The position numbers and the translations under genes were made by a program. The notes below the pieces were generated by a model that saw only the letters and a program-made list of their open reading frames with translations, was not told where the DNA came from and did no database searches. A DNA stretch of 62,089 nucleotides from a virus (lineage: Duplodnaviria > Caudoviricetes), in IMG/VR virus record IMGVR_UViG_3300035307_000014, positions 1-62,089 of that record; one strand, 5' to 3'. Below are positions 29,406 through 39,988 of this stretch, one piece after another (the stretch's first letter is position 1; every line of letters starts with the position of its first letter).

Positions 29406-30362
29406 TTACGCCGCTGATCCCATCTTTTGCAGAACGTCCTTGGACCACTTCACCTGGGGTACTGGAGTTCCGCTGTTGTGTTTCTTGTTGGTGTCAAAAA
29501 TCCGGCTGTATTTCTCTCCGGCCTCAGTGGGTACCCACTGTTTTCCAGAAGGGTTTGTCTGAAGACCTGCCTCCACAAGCATTTTGTTGATCTTCATGCC
29601 GCTTAAGCCATTCTCCATCTTTCCAAGGTCTGTTGGTGTGTACCAAATCTGTTGGCTTTCAGATTCGATATGCGTGATCGCCGTGGTGGCCCGAATGTCC
29701 ACCCCATGAGCGGCTTTGGCGGCGTTGCAACCAGCGAGGAAGGCAGCGTTGATGTCCATTTTGAGTGTGCGCTGGAGCAAGTCAGCATAGCCTGAGGCTG
29801 TTGCCATGGCGGACTCCTGAACAATGCGGGTCGTCTCTGCCTGTGTGCGAGCAATCTCAGTCTGTGCACGGTTAATCTCGGCGGCGGCGCGGGCGCGGTC
29901 AATGGCCACCTGCTCTTTCGAGCGGCGGTTGCTGATGCGTTTGACTGGCGGCGCCTTAAGTTCCGCCTCCATTGCATTGAACGCGGCGATGTATGCAACC
30001 TTCCACCTAACGGCCTCCTTTCCGGTGAAGCCCATCGCCAGATGGACAAATCCATCGCGGTTCATGAGGTAATGCGAAGTGGTCTCTCCAGTTAAGTCTT
30101 TGATTTTAAACGACGCAAAATTGCGTTCAATGATTTCAATGGGTTGCCGCGCGTCCTCCTGAAGAGAGCGAATTACATCGCGGATGGCACGAATTACATC
30201 AGCGTGGCGCTTTCCAAAGCGAGCAGCCACATCGCGGCTGTCCACCGTTGGATCTCCACTAGGGCCGATGGAAAGGGTTACAGCGGCAGTGGGAATTGAT
30301 GGTAAATTCCGGGTAGCGCCGTCAGTGGAATATGTCGTATGCTTACTAATGTCCTCAGACAT
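29406..30362 (-). CDS. rha: Rha-family regulator / antirepressor
   Basis: DSRDVAARFGKRHADVIRAI, YLMNRDGF..LAMGFTG..A..WK..YI.AFNAME; antirepressor-like C-terminus. Confidence 0.88.
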   Translation of the reverse strand: MSEDISKHTTYSTDGATRNLPSIPTAAVTLSIGPSGDPTVDSRDVAARFGKRHADVIRAIRDVIRSLQEDARQPIEIIERNFASFKIKDLTGETTSHYLMNRDGFVHLAMGFTGKEAVRWKVAYIAAFNAMEAELKAPPVKRISNRRSKEQVAIDRARAAAEINRAQTEIARTQAETTRIVQESAMATASGYADLLQRTLKMDINAAFLAGCNAAKAAHGVDIRATTAITHIESESQQIWYTPTDLGKMENGLSGMKINKMLVEAGLQTNPSGKQWVPTEAGEKYSRIFDTNKKHNSGTPVPQVKWSKDVLQKMGSAA

Positions 30363-30516
30363 AAATTTGTCCTTGTGGTTGATGGATAGGCTCGGCCCAG
30401 AGATTTAGCCCTCGGGTCGAGCCATTAATTGACAACGTTTGACATTGGTGATAGATAATTACCACTGCAATATGCAGCGGTCAACAACCAATCGCGAACA
30501 TTGGAGATTATTTTCC

Positions 30517-30714
30517 GTGAAAAGATCAACAAACATTGGAATTCGTGTGTCGCCGGAGGTTTCCGAACTGGCGAAGCAAGCAGCAACTATCGATAGCCGA
30601 TCAGTATCTGCCATGGTGGAGAGATTGCTGATTGCGCACTTGGTGACGTTGGAACTATTGACCGCAGACGCAGCCAAGAAGGCGGCATCACGCACAGGCT
30701 CTTGCGCCAGATAA
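30517..30714 (+). CDS. ribbon-helix-helix (Arc-like) protein
   Basis: IGIRVSPE...AA..DSRSVSAMVERLL; GGAG RBS; divergent from rha. Confidence 0.7.
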   Translation: MKRSTNIGIRVSPEVSELAKQAATIDSRSVSAMVERLLIAHLVTLELLTADAAKKAASRTGSCAR

Positions 30715-30753
30715 GCCACGCATCCCCTCATCACGCACACGCGAAAAAGACAG

Positions 30754-30783
30754 AAGCCGCCCACTTGGAGCGGCTTTTTTGTT
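30754..30783 (+). terminator. intrinsic terminator
   Basis: AAGCCGC/GCGGCTT stem plus T-run. Confidence 0.75.
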
Positions 30784-30809
30784 GCCAAAAACCTTAGAAA
30801 GACACCCAC

Positions 30810-33122
30810 TTGGCCGCATACGAGATCCCGCTCAGTTCGACAGATCAGGTTTTCCAGATTCCGTTGGGCGGCGTCACCTACACGCTTACGTCGAAGTGGT
30901 GCGCGCCAGCGAACGCGTGGACGCTCGATATCGCCGACGCAAATGGGGTTGCGCTCGTGAGCGGCATCCCGCTTGTCACGGGCGTCGATCTGCTGGAGCA
31001 ATACCAATATCTCGGCATCGCGGGCCAACTCGTCGCGCAGACTGACGGCGACACGTTCGCGGTTCCGACGCAGGCTAACCTTGGCACGGGCGGGCGGCTC
31101 TATTTCGTGATCGCCGATGGCGCGGCATCGACCCCGGCGCCAGAGGTCATCACATACACGCCGATGTTCACGCGCGGCGTCCAAAATTTCGATCCTGACC
31201 TGCAATCCATTTCTGATCTGACGACTGTCGGCATTGCTGTCAGGGGCGCCAATTCAGCATGGACAACCACTGACGCCGTCATGGGCATCAGCGTGCGCGA
31301 CTATGGCGCCGTGGGGGATGGGACCACGCATGATGCGGCGGCGTTCCAGGCGGCTCTAAACGCAGCAGCGTCATCCACCACGACCAAAACGGTCCTCGTG
31401 CCACACCGGCCAAATGGCTACATCCTGGAGGCTACCGTTTCTGTTCCGGCCGGTGTCACGCTGTTGGGGGAAAACCGCAAAGGTGGAGAGACTAGCCGCA
31501 TCAAGCCCGCAAGTGGTTTCTCAGATCCTCTTATCCAAACGCAGGGATATGGGACGGGACGTATACTGAGGCCGCAGGTTGTCGGGTTGTTTCTCGACGG
31601 ATCAGGGACAACGCTCACTGCCATGCAACTCATGATGCAAGAGGGCATCGTCAGAGATTGCACTATAAAGAATTGCTGGACATATGGAATTCACATGTCT
31701 GGCTATGGTAGCGGGATATCACAGCAAGCCCTAAACAATCTGCTAGAGAACAACTACGTTGCAGGGGAAGGCGGGACCACCTTCTATGATGGTATATTTA
31801 TAGATTATCATTGCGCAGACACCACGTTCAGAGGGAACTATGTAGAAACCGCGACGAATTCTTGCATAAGGTCTCGCGGATTCAATGATATGGTTGTTGG
31901 AAATCACCTATACAACGCACCAAATCTTTATAAGTCTGAAACAAGTTGCGATAAGTTAATAATTGGCAACTATCTTGAAAATAGCACAGGATCAGCGATA
32001 GACATAGCTGGAGGCTCCAGTTCTGACAGTACGCTAAGTGCAGCCATTGGCGGGAATACATTCAGGAACATAAACAAAGGTGGATCGTCGAGCGGAATAA
32101 TAACCGTTTCTGGTAGCAACATTGACGCGTTGACCGTCATCAATAATACCCTGCGCAGAGACGGAGCAACGTCATACACGGCTCCTTATCTTGTGTACTT
32201 TAATGGAATTTCTCCTGCAACCAGGAGAGTAGTAGGCAACATTTGGCAATCCGGCGTCATAACAACGGCGGAGAGCAATCTACCAGCGGATTTCCAGCCG
32301 TGGGACGCGGAACTCACCGCGCTGGCGGCTGTGACCTCAGCGGCGGACATGGTCCCGTACTTCACTGGATCGGGAACGGCGGCCACAACCAGCTTCACAG
32401 CATCTGGGCGCGCCCTTACCGGGTTGACCGGCGCGGCCGACAAAGTCCCCTATTGGACGGCGGCGGGAACGGCATCCACAGCCGACTTCACAGCCGCTGG
32501 GCGGTCTGTAGTCGGAGCCGCCAATGACGCGGCGCAGAGAACTGCGCTTGGGCTCGCCATCGGCACAAACGTCCAGGCACACAGTTCTGAACTCGATGCA
32601 GTCGCAGCCATCGCTACTACGGGATTTGTCCAGCGCACGGCGGCTAACACATGGTCTGCGACTACGCCTCCGGGGGCTCTACTTGGGATACTCCAGGATC
32701 AAAAAGCACAGAACACGGCCGGTGGGACGTTTACACATGGCGGATGGCGGACGAGAGATTTAAACACTGAAGTACACGACCGCAATTCCATTCTCTCGAT
32801 ATCAGGTAACGAGTTTACAATATCTGCGGCAGGCTCATATGAAATTGAGTGGAGGGCCTCCGCCTATTGTTGTGGGACACATCAATCAAGGCTTTATAAT
32901 GTGACAGATGCGTCTGTTGTCTCTGTTGGAGACACTGCCGCGTCATACATCACTGGGTACACCACCACGCCCTCATCCGGAATAGCTCAGTTAACAATAG
33001 CCTCAGCAAAAACATTCAGGATTGAGCATGCTTGTTCTGCAACGTCAACAACGTATGGTTTCGGGTATCCTGGTAACCTTTCTACCGAAATATATACATC
33101 TGTTACAGTCAGGCAAGGTTGA
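30810..33122 (+). CDS. small baseplate protein domain fused to a beta-helix tailspike
   Basis: N-terminal YEIPL..W.LDI.D..GIPLVTGVDLL.QY.YLG; SVRDYGAVGDG pectin-lyase-like start; fibre repeats. Confidence 0.75.
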   Translation: MAAYEIPLSSTDQVFQIPLGGVTYTLTSKWCAPANAWTLDIADANGVALVSGIPLVTGVDLLEQYQYLGIAGQLVAQTDGDTFAVPTQANLGTGGRLYFVIADGAASTPAPEVITYTPMFTRGVQNFDPDLQSISDLTTVGIAVRGANSAWTTTDAVMGISVRDYGAVGDGTTHDAAAFQAALNAAASSTTTKTVLVPHRPNGYILEATVSVPAGVTLLGENRKGGETSRIKPASGFSDPLIQTQGYGTGRILRPQVVGLFLDGSGTTLTAMQLMMQEGIVRDCTIKNCWTYGIHMSGYGSGISQQALNNLLENNYVAGEGGTTFYDGIFIDYHCADTTFRGNYVETATNSCIRSRGFNDMVVGNHLYNAPNLYKSETSCDKLIIGNYLENSTGSAIDIAGGSSSDSTLSAAIGGNTFRNINKGGSSSGIITVSGSNIDALTVINNTLRRDGATSYTAPYLVYFNGISPATRRVVGNIWQSGVITTAESNLPADFQPWDAELTALAAVTSAADMVPYFTGSGTAATTSFTASGRALTGLTGAADKVPYWTAAGTASTADFTAAGRSVVGAANDAAQRTALGLAIGTNVQAHSSELDAVAAIATTGFVQRTAANTWSATTPPGALLGILQDQKAQNTAGGTFTHGGWRTRDLNTEVHDRNSILSISGNEFTISAAGSYEIEWRASAYCCGTHQSRLYNVTDASVVSVGDTAASYITGYTTTPSSGIAQLTIASAKTFRIEHACSATSTTYGFGYPGNLSTEIYTSVTVRQG

Positions 33123-33125
33123 TAC

Positions 33126-34031
33126 ATGTCTGATCAATGGATTAGGAAGATTGGCCTTGTTGTTACGGCTGGCGAAAATGGTCTAGACCTGTCTAATTTG
33201 CATATAAGATTTAAGACCCAAGCAATGAACGAGTCTGCGCCGAATACAGCGTGGATCAGAATATATAATCTTTCGACAAATACCGCTCTGAAAATTCAGA
33301 AAGAATATCAGGAAGTAAGCCTGCAAGCTGGATACGAAAATGGTAATTACGCCATCATTTTCAAAGGCCAGATTATGCAGGTTAAGATTGGGCGCGAAAA
33401 CAACGTAGACTCTTATGTTGATATCATTGCCGCCGATGCTTTGCTTGCATATACATTTGGGTTTGTCACCAAGGCTTTGGAGTCGGCCTCTGTTGACGAC
33501 AGGCTAAACAGCATCACGACGGCCCTCAAAGAAAAGGGCGTAACCTTGGCGCCCGATGCGGCCGCGACGATAGGCAAGAGCAAATTCGGCGGAGTACTCC
33601 CGCGAGGGAAAGTGTTGTGGGGGCTGGCCGCACCTTTGCTTAACGATCTCGCTGAGAGCACGCAGACGGTTTGGAACATCCAGAATGGCGTGCTCACATT
33701 CACCGAGCGTTCAGGATATCGCCCCGGCGAGGCTGTGAAGATCAACTCCGAAACCGGCATGGTCGGCGTGCCTGAGGCCACAGAGCAGGGCATTGAGATT
33801 AAGACATTGCTCAACCCCCTGATCGGCATTGGCGGCCGCGTCGAGATCAACAACTTTGACGTCAACCAGACTAGCGTTACGAGATTTGCATATAAGCAAG
33901 CGCCGCCGATGTACGCGAATGTGACAAACGACGGTATTTATAGAGTATTAGTTGCCGAGCACTCCGGCGATACTCGCGGCCAAGAATGGTACACGCAAAT
34001 AGTTTGCCTCTCACTTGACGGCTCTTCATAA
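33126..34031 (+). CDS. baseplate hub protein
   Basis: PNTA.IRIYNL, LQAGY, TGMVG.PE, GDTRGQEWY motifs. Confidence 0.85.
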   Translation: MSDQWIRKIGLVVTAGENGLDLSNLHIRFKTQAMNESAPNTAWIRIYNLSTNTALKIQKEYQEVSLQAGYENGNYAIIFKGQIMQVKIGRENNVDSYVDIIAADALLAYTFGFVTKALESASVDDRLNSITTALKEKGVTLAPDAAATIGKSKFGGVLPRGKVLWGLAAPLLNDLAESTQTVWNIQNGVLTFTERSGYRPGEAVKINSETGMVGVPEATEQGIEIKTLLNPLIGIGGRVEINNFDVNQTSVTRFAYKQAPPMYANVTNDGIYRVLVAEHSGDTRGQEWYTQIVCLSLDGSS

Positions 34032-34741
34032 TGGATAGACGCGTTAGAATTGACAACGACCTGATTAAGTTTCAGGCGTTGCTAAAATCATGGCAGTCGA
34101 ACATCTTTACGGCGTTGCCTGGCATCTATCAGGCTGCGGGTAAGGGCAACCAAACCGCCAACGTTCAGCCATCCGTGAAGGCCAAGGTGCTCGGACAGGA
34201 CGGCTCATGGAGCGACATGTCGTTGCCCATGTGCATCAATTGCCCGGTTGTCTGGCCAGGCGGCGGCGGCTTCCAGCTCACGTTTCCGCTGTCCAAGGGT
34301 GACGAGGGGCTGATCGTCTTTGCCCAGCGCTGCATCGATAGTTGGTGGGAGTCTGGCGGCATCCAGTCCCAAGCAGAGATGCGGATGCACGATATCTCGG
34401 ACGGCTTTTTCATCCCGGCGATGCTCAGCCAATCGAAGGCGCCCGCCACGGCAGCCAGCACGAGCACGGTGCAACTTCGGAGCGGCGACGGCGCCACGTA
34501 CATCGAAGTGGCGGCGGGAAACCTCGTGAACGTCCACGCCAGCGCCGGGACTACGATCACCGGCCCGGTCACAATCACTGGTCCCCTTACACTGGGCGGC
34601 ACGATTTCGGGAACTGGCGGCGGCCCCATCTCGGGCAACCTTCGTATGTCGGGCGACGTGCAGGCGGCCAGCGTGAGCCTTGCCTCGCATATTCACGGCG
34701 GCGTCCAGGCGGGCGGCGGGAACACGACAGGACCAATTTGA
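34031..34741 (+). CDS. baseplate central spike (Gp138-like)
   Basis: GDEG..VFAQRCID.WW, RMHD.SDG; C-terminal HxH (HIHGGVQ). Confidence 0.88.
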   Translation: MDRRVRIDNDLIKFQALLKSWQSNIFTALPGIYQAAGKGNQTANVQPSVKAKVLGQDGSWSDMSLPMCINCPVVWPGGGGFQLTFPLSKGDEGLIVFAQRCIDSWWESGGIQSQAEMRMHDISDGFFIPAMLSQSKAPATAASTSTVQLRSGDGATYIEVAAGNLVNVHASAGTTITGPVTITGPLTLGGTISGTGGGPISGNLRMSGDVQAASVSLASHIHGGVQAGGGNTTGPI

Positions 34742-34742
34742 T

Positions 34743-35096
34743 ATGCGTGTCAGAGCACTCGACGAAACCGGCGACATGACGTTTGGTCGGGGCTCCGGCA
34801 ATTTCCTCGTGGACACCCCTGCGGCAGTCGCCCAATGCGCGAAAACGCGTCTCGGCTTAATACAAGGCGAGTGGTATCTCGACAAAACAGCCGGGACGCC
34901 CTGGAACACCAAGGTTTTGGGGACCGGCACAGCCGCGACCCGTGACATCGCGGTCAAGCAAGTGGTGCTCGGGACGCCGGGAATGCTGTCGATTGACACG
35001 TATTCAAGCACTATTGATCCTGTAACGCGCAAATTTTCCGTAAACATGGACGTAACTACGCAATACGGCACAACAACAATCTCCACCACGGTTTGA
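34743..35096 (+). CDS. baseplate wedge protein (gp25-like)
   Basis: RALD..GD..FG, TRL.L..GEWYLD...G.PW motifs. Confidence 0.8.
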   Translation: MRVRALDETGDMTFGRGSGNFLVDTPAAVAQCAKTRLGLIQGEWYLDKTAGTPWNTKVLGTGTAATRDIAVKQVVLGTPGMLSIDTYSSTIDPVTRKFSVNMDVTTQYGTTTISTTV

Positions 35097-35100
35097 TCCA

Positions 35101-36321
35101 TTGACAATCCCTGTTCCAGTGCTCTCGGCTACGGGGCTGTCCGTGCCGAGCTACGCCGACATATTCACGGCATATCAGAACGATTATATGGCGATATTCG
35201 GATCTGACGCGGTATTGACCGCTGATTCTCAGGACGGACAGTGGTTATCCGTCCAGGCGCAAGCCCATTTCGATCTGTGCCAAGTCTGTCTGGCGGTTTA
35301 CAATTCGTTTTCGCCAGCAACGGCGCAGGGCGCGGCGTTGTCGTCTGTCGTCAAAATCAACGGCATCGCGCGGAAAATCCCAACGGCAAGCACGGCGACT
35401 GTGACGATTGTTGGCGTTGCTGGGACCACGATTACTGGCGGCCTCATCGGTGACAACCAAAACCTCGGAACGCAATGGGCGCTCCCGACGACCGTGACCA
35501 TTCCTGGCGGCGGATTAATCACGGAGACGGCGACCTGCACAACATCGGGCGCCGCGTCCGCCGCGCCTGCGACACTGGTCAATATCCTGACACCCACGGC
35601 TGGCTGGCAGAGCGTCACGAACGCCGCCGCTGCGACCCTTGGCGCGCCCACAGAGAGCGATGCGGCGCTGCGCACACGCCAGACCGTCTCCACGTCATTG
35701 TCGGCGCTGACGGCACTAGACGCCATTTGGGCGGCGGTAGCAAACACGGCTGGCGTTGGCCGCACCATCGTTTACCAAAACAACACGGGTGCGGTGGACA
35801 CAGCCGGCCGCCCGGCGCACTCGGTAACGGTCGTGGCTGAGGGTGGCGACATGGATCTGATCGCGGCAGCAATCGCGGCGAAAAAGGGACCGGGGCCAGC
35901 GACTTACGGCACGACTTCACGCACGGTTATCGACGCCAAAGGTGTAGCTGAGGTCATCAACTATTATCAGCTTACGGCGGTCCCGATCACGCTCACGATC
36001 AACATCAAGGCGCTGACTGGTTACCTCTCGACCACCGGCGATATGGTGAAAGCGGCCGTTGCGGCATTTATCAACACGCTCAGCATTGGCGAGACCTGCT
36101 ATCTCAACCGGCTATACGCCCCGGCCAATCTACGCGGCGACGAGGCCTTGGCCGCCACGGGATACACACAAGCCGCTCTTGAGGCGTTGTCAGAGACCTA
36201 CAACGTCTCCAGCATCCTGCAATCCCGCACGGGGCCGCCAGCCGCCTCGGATGTCGCTATGACGTTCTACGAGGCTGCATCGTGCGTGGTGACTGACATC
36301 ACTGTCGTGGTGACAACGTGA
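35101..36321 (+). CDS. baseplate J-like wedge protein
   Basis: DSQDGQW, ATAQG..L, ESDAALRTRQ motifs. Confidence 0.88.
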   Translation: MTIPVPVLSATGLSVPSYADIFTAYQNDYMAIFGSDAVLTADSQDGQWLSVQAQAHFDLCQVCLAVYNSFSPATAQGAALSSVVKINGIARKIPTASTATVTIVGVAGTTITGGLIGDNQNLGTQWALPTTVTIPGGGLITETATCTTSGAASAAPATLVNILTPTAGWQSVTNAAAATLGAPTESDAALRTRQTVSTSLSALTALDAIWAAVANTAGVGRTIVYQNNTGAVDTAGRPAHSVTVVAEGGDMDLIAAAIAAKKGPGPATYGTTSRTVIDAKGVAEVINYYQLTAVPITLTINIKALTGYLSTTGDMVKAAVAAFINTLSIGETCYLNRLYAPANLRGDEALAATGYTQAALEALSETYNVSSILQSRTGPPAASDVAMTFYEAASCVVTDITVVVTT

Positions 36322-36965
36322 CGGCAGACATCACTCCATGGACGTCGCTCGTAACAAGCGAGTTCTCCGAAAAGCCAAAGTTTATGGCGACGCTGGCAGT
36401 GGGCCTTCAGCCGCTCGCCGAGATGCGTGATCTCTTGCTGAGCCTTCCATCCGCGTTCGATGTTGACAACGCCGTGGGTGCGCAACTCGACGCCGTAGGG
36501 CTGTGGGTCGGCGTAACCCGCACATTGCCCAACGAAATCTCCGGCGTGTACTTTTCCTTCGACACGGATGGCCTCGGTTGGGACGAGGGCACATGGTGGG
36601 CGCCAGGTGATCCCGCAACCACTCTTATTTCCCTGCCCGATGATGCCTTCAGAACATTCATAAAGGTCCGTATCAGCTCCAATCACTGGGATGGCACCAC
36701 TTCTGGAATTTACGCCGCATGGGACGCCCTGCTCGCGAGTACTGGTCTTTCGGTTCTTGTCGAGGATACTCAGGATATGGCGATGAACCAAGTTCTGATT
36801 GGCGGCACTCCTGACGTCATCACGTCAATACTATTCGAAGGCGGATATTTTGACTTAACTCCAGCCGGTGTATTGGTAAATTCAGTAGTTGGCTCCTACC
36901 CCCCCTCCGCGCCCATTCTCTTTTCTACCGCCGCATTCGGCGAAGCGACATTTGGTGAAATCTAA
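36318..36965 (+). CDS. baseplate wedge protein (DUF2612 type)
   Basis: FDVDNAVGAQLD.VG.WVG..R, NHWDGT motifs. Confidence 0.85.
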   Translation: MTADITPWTSLVTSEFSEKPKFMATLAVGLQPLAEMRDLLLSLPSAFDVDNAVGAQLDAVGLWVGVTRTLPNEISGVYFSFDTDGLGWDEGTWWAPGDPATTLISLPDDAFRTFIKVRISSNHWDGTTSGIYAAWDALLASTGLSVLVEDTQDMAMNQVLIGGTPDVITSILFEGGYFDLTPAGVLVNSVVGSYPPSAPILFSTAAFGEATFGEI

Positions 36966-36967
36966 TC

Positions 36968-38965
36968 ATGGCCACGCCACAGCTTTACGATCTTGTCAAG
37001 ATGACAACTGCAACGACGGGGGCTGGCACGTTGACGCTCGGGTCTGCCGTCGGCACATTCCGCTCATTTGCTACGGCGGGAGTCCCAACCGGAACTACGG
37101 TCAGATATGCAATCGCTGATCCAGGGTTGGCCCCGACACAGCGGGAGTACGGAACCGGCGTCTACACGGCCGCAGGGACAACGCTCACACGCGTTCTGGG
37201 CGGCTCCAGCACAGGGGCGCTGCTCAATCTCAGCGGGGCGGCGCACGTCGCTATTGCGCCAATGGCCGAGGACCTCCTTCCCTACGTGGCGACGCGGGCG
37301 GATATCGCGACCTCGGTCATTCACACTCCCACGTTCACAACGCCAGATGGAGCCCCTTGGATACATGGCACGTCCTCTGGCCCGATGGCCATTCAGGACG
37401 CCACGGGGCAGTGGTGGCAGCTCGACCTCTCCAGGGGGGCGTGGCTTGAGTGGTTCGGGTGTGTGCTAGACGGCGTTACGGACGACTCCACTGCATTGAC
37501 CGTTGCGCTAAACAGTGGATCAAAAGTGCTTTTCGCAATATCGGGCCACGTATGCTATTGCGCTTCGGCAATAACGATCCCTGTTGGTGTAACGCTACAC
37601 GGGTTTGGCTTCATCGCCGGTACTGTTGTTACAACTGGGTTTGAGCTTCTCTTCGCAGCATCTGTGGCGACATGCGTCACGCTGGCGGGAACCGCAGGAA
37701 GTACGGGTTGCGGATTGCGTGGCGTCGTTGTAAGGCGCACAGGAACACCCCCGTCGGGGTCAATTGGCGTCAAGTTAAGTGACGGCTATAACTCAATTTT
37801 AGAAGACGTTGCAAGTTATAACCATGCTATCCCGTACTATTTTGACGGGAACAGCCAGGGTATCTGTTGCCATCCGCATCGTATATATTCTGGCGGCGCA
37901 ACTGACTCCCATGTAGTTATAAATAATTTCCCGGAGGTGCGGTTCAACCAATGCCGTTTCGGGACGAATGGTACATTTGATGTTTACTGCAACGCTTTTG
38001 TAAGATTTATAGGAAGTCTGTGGAATACAATAACACTGGCGAATTGCCAATTTAGCCAAGGGCACACTCTTGGGCACAACATGTGTGGGACTGTTCTTGA
38101 TTATGTCTCATGTACATCACAAAATCAGATTGTCCAATTATCAGACTGTTATAGCGAAAATACTACCAATTTTTTAACGACTGATGCCGCGACAACATAT
38201 ATACACAAATTATCATTGTCTAACACCATGTGTGGGGGAAGTTCAGACCCAATAGAATTTTTCAACATTAACGCTGCGACAACAATAAATACGCTTCAGT
38301 TAGGTAACTGCATTGTAAATTATCCGCTTACGTTTGCGCCTGCACTTAATTTTTATGAATTACTTGCTAGTGGGACATGGTTTCGCGCTGCGGTTTCTAT
38401 AACTGGTGGCGGCACAGGTACATCACGTTGCGCAATTTCAGGTTGTGGATTTACTGGCAATCTGACTGTCGCGGGGGCGTTTGCGTCTGCGTCATTTGGT
38501 GGGGAGATTTCCGGAACTGTAACAAACACAGCAACTACACCGGTAGAACTTGACTTCCCGAACGGAAAATGTTGGACCAGTTTCACACCAACTATATCAT
38601 TCGGCGGAGGGGCAACCGGCGTAACATACTCTGTGCAATATGGCAGATATAGAGTTATCCAAGGTGAGATCCGCCTTGAAGTTCAAATTAATCTTACATC
38701 CAAAGGCACATCCACAGGAACGGCAAGGTTAGAAGGGCTTCCGTTTACGGCTAGCGCATCACGAGCCGTAGCGGGCATGGGCGGAACCGTGGGGCTGTAT
38801 TCTAATATGGCGAGTCTAACCAGTGTCCCTGTAATATCTGTCAACAGCTCAACCACGAACGCCACATTTTCACGCTTTACTTCCACCGATTCAGTGGGGC
38901 TTACCGACGCAAACTTCACCAATACGACCATTATACAAGTGCAACTTTCGTATTCACCGTCTTAA
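36968..38965 (+). CDS. tailspike / receptor-binding protein
   Basis: Anchor domain like that of 16933; WFG..DGVTDDSTAL; beta-helix-like body. Confidence 0.75.
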   Translation: MATPQLYDLVKMTTATTGAGTLTLGSAVGTFRSFATAGVPTGTTVRYAIADPGLAPTQREYGTGVYTAAGTTLTRVLGGSSTGALLNLSGAAHVAIAPMAEDLLPYVATRADIATSVIHTPTFTTPDGAPWIHGTSSGPMAIQDATGQWWQLDLSRGAWLEWFGCVLDGVTDDSTALTVALNSGSKVLFAISGHVCYCASAITIPVGVTLHGFGFIAGTVVTTGFELLFAASVATCVTLAGTAGSTGCGLRGVVVRRTGTPPSGSIGVKLSDGYNSILEDVASYNHAIPYYFDGNSQGICCHPHRIYSGGATDSHVVINNFPEVRFNQCRFGTNGTFDVYCNAFVRFIGSLWNTITLANCQFSQGHTLGHNMCGTVLDYVSCTSQNQIVQLSDCYSENTTNFLTTDAATTYIHKLSLSNTMCGGSSDPIEFFNINAATTINTLQLGNCIVNYPLTFAPALNFYELLASGTWFRAAVSITGGGTGTSRCAISGCGFTGNLTVAGAFASASFGGEISGTVTNTATTPVELDFPNGKCWTSFTPTISFGGGATGVTYSVQYGRYRVIQGEIRLEVQINLTSKGTSTGTARLEGLPFTASASRAVAGMGGTVGLYSNMASLTSVPVISVNSSTTNATFSRFTSTDSVGLTDANFTNTTIIQVQLSYSPS

Positions 38966-39012
38966 CATCTTCTCCGGGCTAAACCCCGGAGTTTCCAGCG
39001 CGCAAGGATTGA
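38962..39012 (-). mobile_element. short remnant resembling an IS200/IS605-family right end
   Basis: CTGGAAACTCCGGGGTTTAGCCCGGAGAAGATGTTAA; 26/28 identical to 44957-44984. Confidence 0.55.
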
Positions 39013-39042
39013 TGAAATTCTGTCGCCCAAGAAAGCAATCCC

Positions 39043-39987
39043 ATGACCGTTGATTTTCTCCCGTTCGCGAACGACGCCAGCGCCGCGAATGTCGTCACGC
39101 AAGCCGACTATCTGGCGGCGGCGTCTGGCTCTGGTTACGTCCAAAATGGGTTTCCATCTGGGCGCGCGGACAGCAACAAAGCCAACAAGGCGATCCGTCA
39201 GTCATCGGTGATGGTTGCGGCTCTCGCCCAATTCATCTCGGCGAAGTTGAGCGCCAGCGTGCTCGACAGCGGTGGCGCTGCGTCCGTGACCGCGATCCAG
39301 GCGCAGTTGGCGGCAGTGCTGGCTCAGGCTGAGATCACGAGTGGGACGATCACCGGGATCACAGATTTGGCTGTCGCCGATGGCGGAACGGGCGCCAGCT
39401 CAGCATCTGGCGCCCGCACAAATCTTGGATGCGGATCGATCGCGACGCAGGATTCCAGCGCGGTCTCGATCACTGGAGGATCAGTTGGCAGCGCTGTTGC
39501 TCTCGGCATGTTTCCGGCTGGGACCGCGCTGCTCTTCGCGCAAACGGCAGCGCCTGCGGGATGGACCAAATCAACGACGCACAATGACAAAATGCTGAGG
39601 ATCGTGTCCGGAACTGCGGGCTCTGGCGGATCGGCGGCGCTGAGTACAGCGTGGTCCTCAGTTGCACTGAGCGGCACGGTTGCCGGGCACACGCTGACGG
39701 TGACGGAATTGCCGTCTCATACGCACTCGGGGACAACGAGCGGTCAGAGTGCGGACCATCATCACAGCCTCCCCGTGACCACATCGCCCTATGTCTGCAA
39801 CGGCTCCGGCGCAAATTTCGCCATTGTCGGCGCAGGCACATCTGGCGGAACGAGCAATGACCACACTCACAATATCACAACAGACGGAGGAACTGGAGGC
39901 GGAAGTTCTCATACCCACGGGCTGAGCATCAATTCATTTACAGTAACTCCCGCGTATGTCGATGCGATTATTTGTGTTAAGAGCTGA
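39043..39987 (+). CDS. tail fibre protein
   Basis: DFLPFA..ANVVTQADY..NKAIRQ N-terminus; collar-like FAQTAAPAGW; HxH repeats. Confidence 0.82.
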   Translation: MTVDFLPFANDASAANVVTQADYLAAASGSGYVQNGFPSGRADSNKANKAIRQSSVMVAALAQFISAKLSASVLDSGGAASVTAIQAQLAAVLAQAEITSGTITGITDLAVADGGTGASSASGARTNLGCGSIATQDSSAVSITGGSVGSAVALGMFPAGTALLFAQTAAPAGWTKSTTHNDKMLRIVSGTAGSGGSAALSTAWSSVALSGTVAGHTLTVTELPSHTHSGTTSGQSADHHHSLPVTTSPYVCNGSGANFAIVGAGTSGGTSNDHTHNITTDGGTGGGSSHTHGLSINSFTVTPAYVDAIICVKS

Positions 39988-39988
39988 T

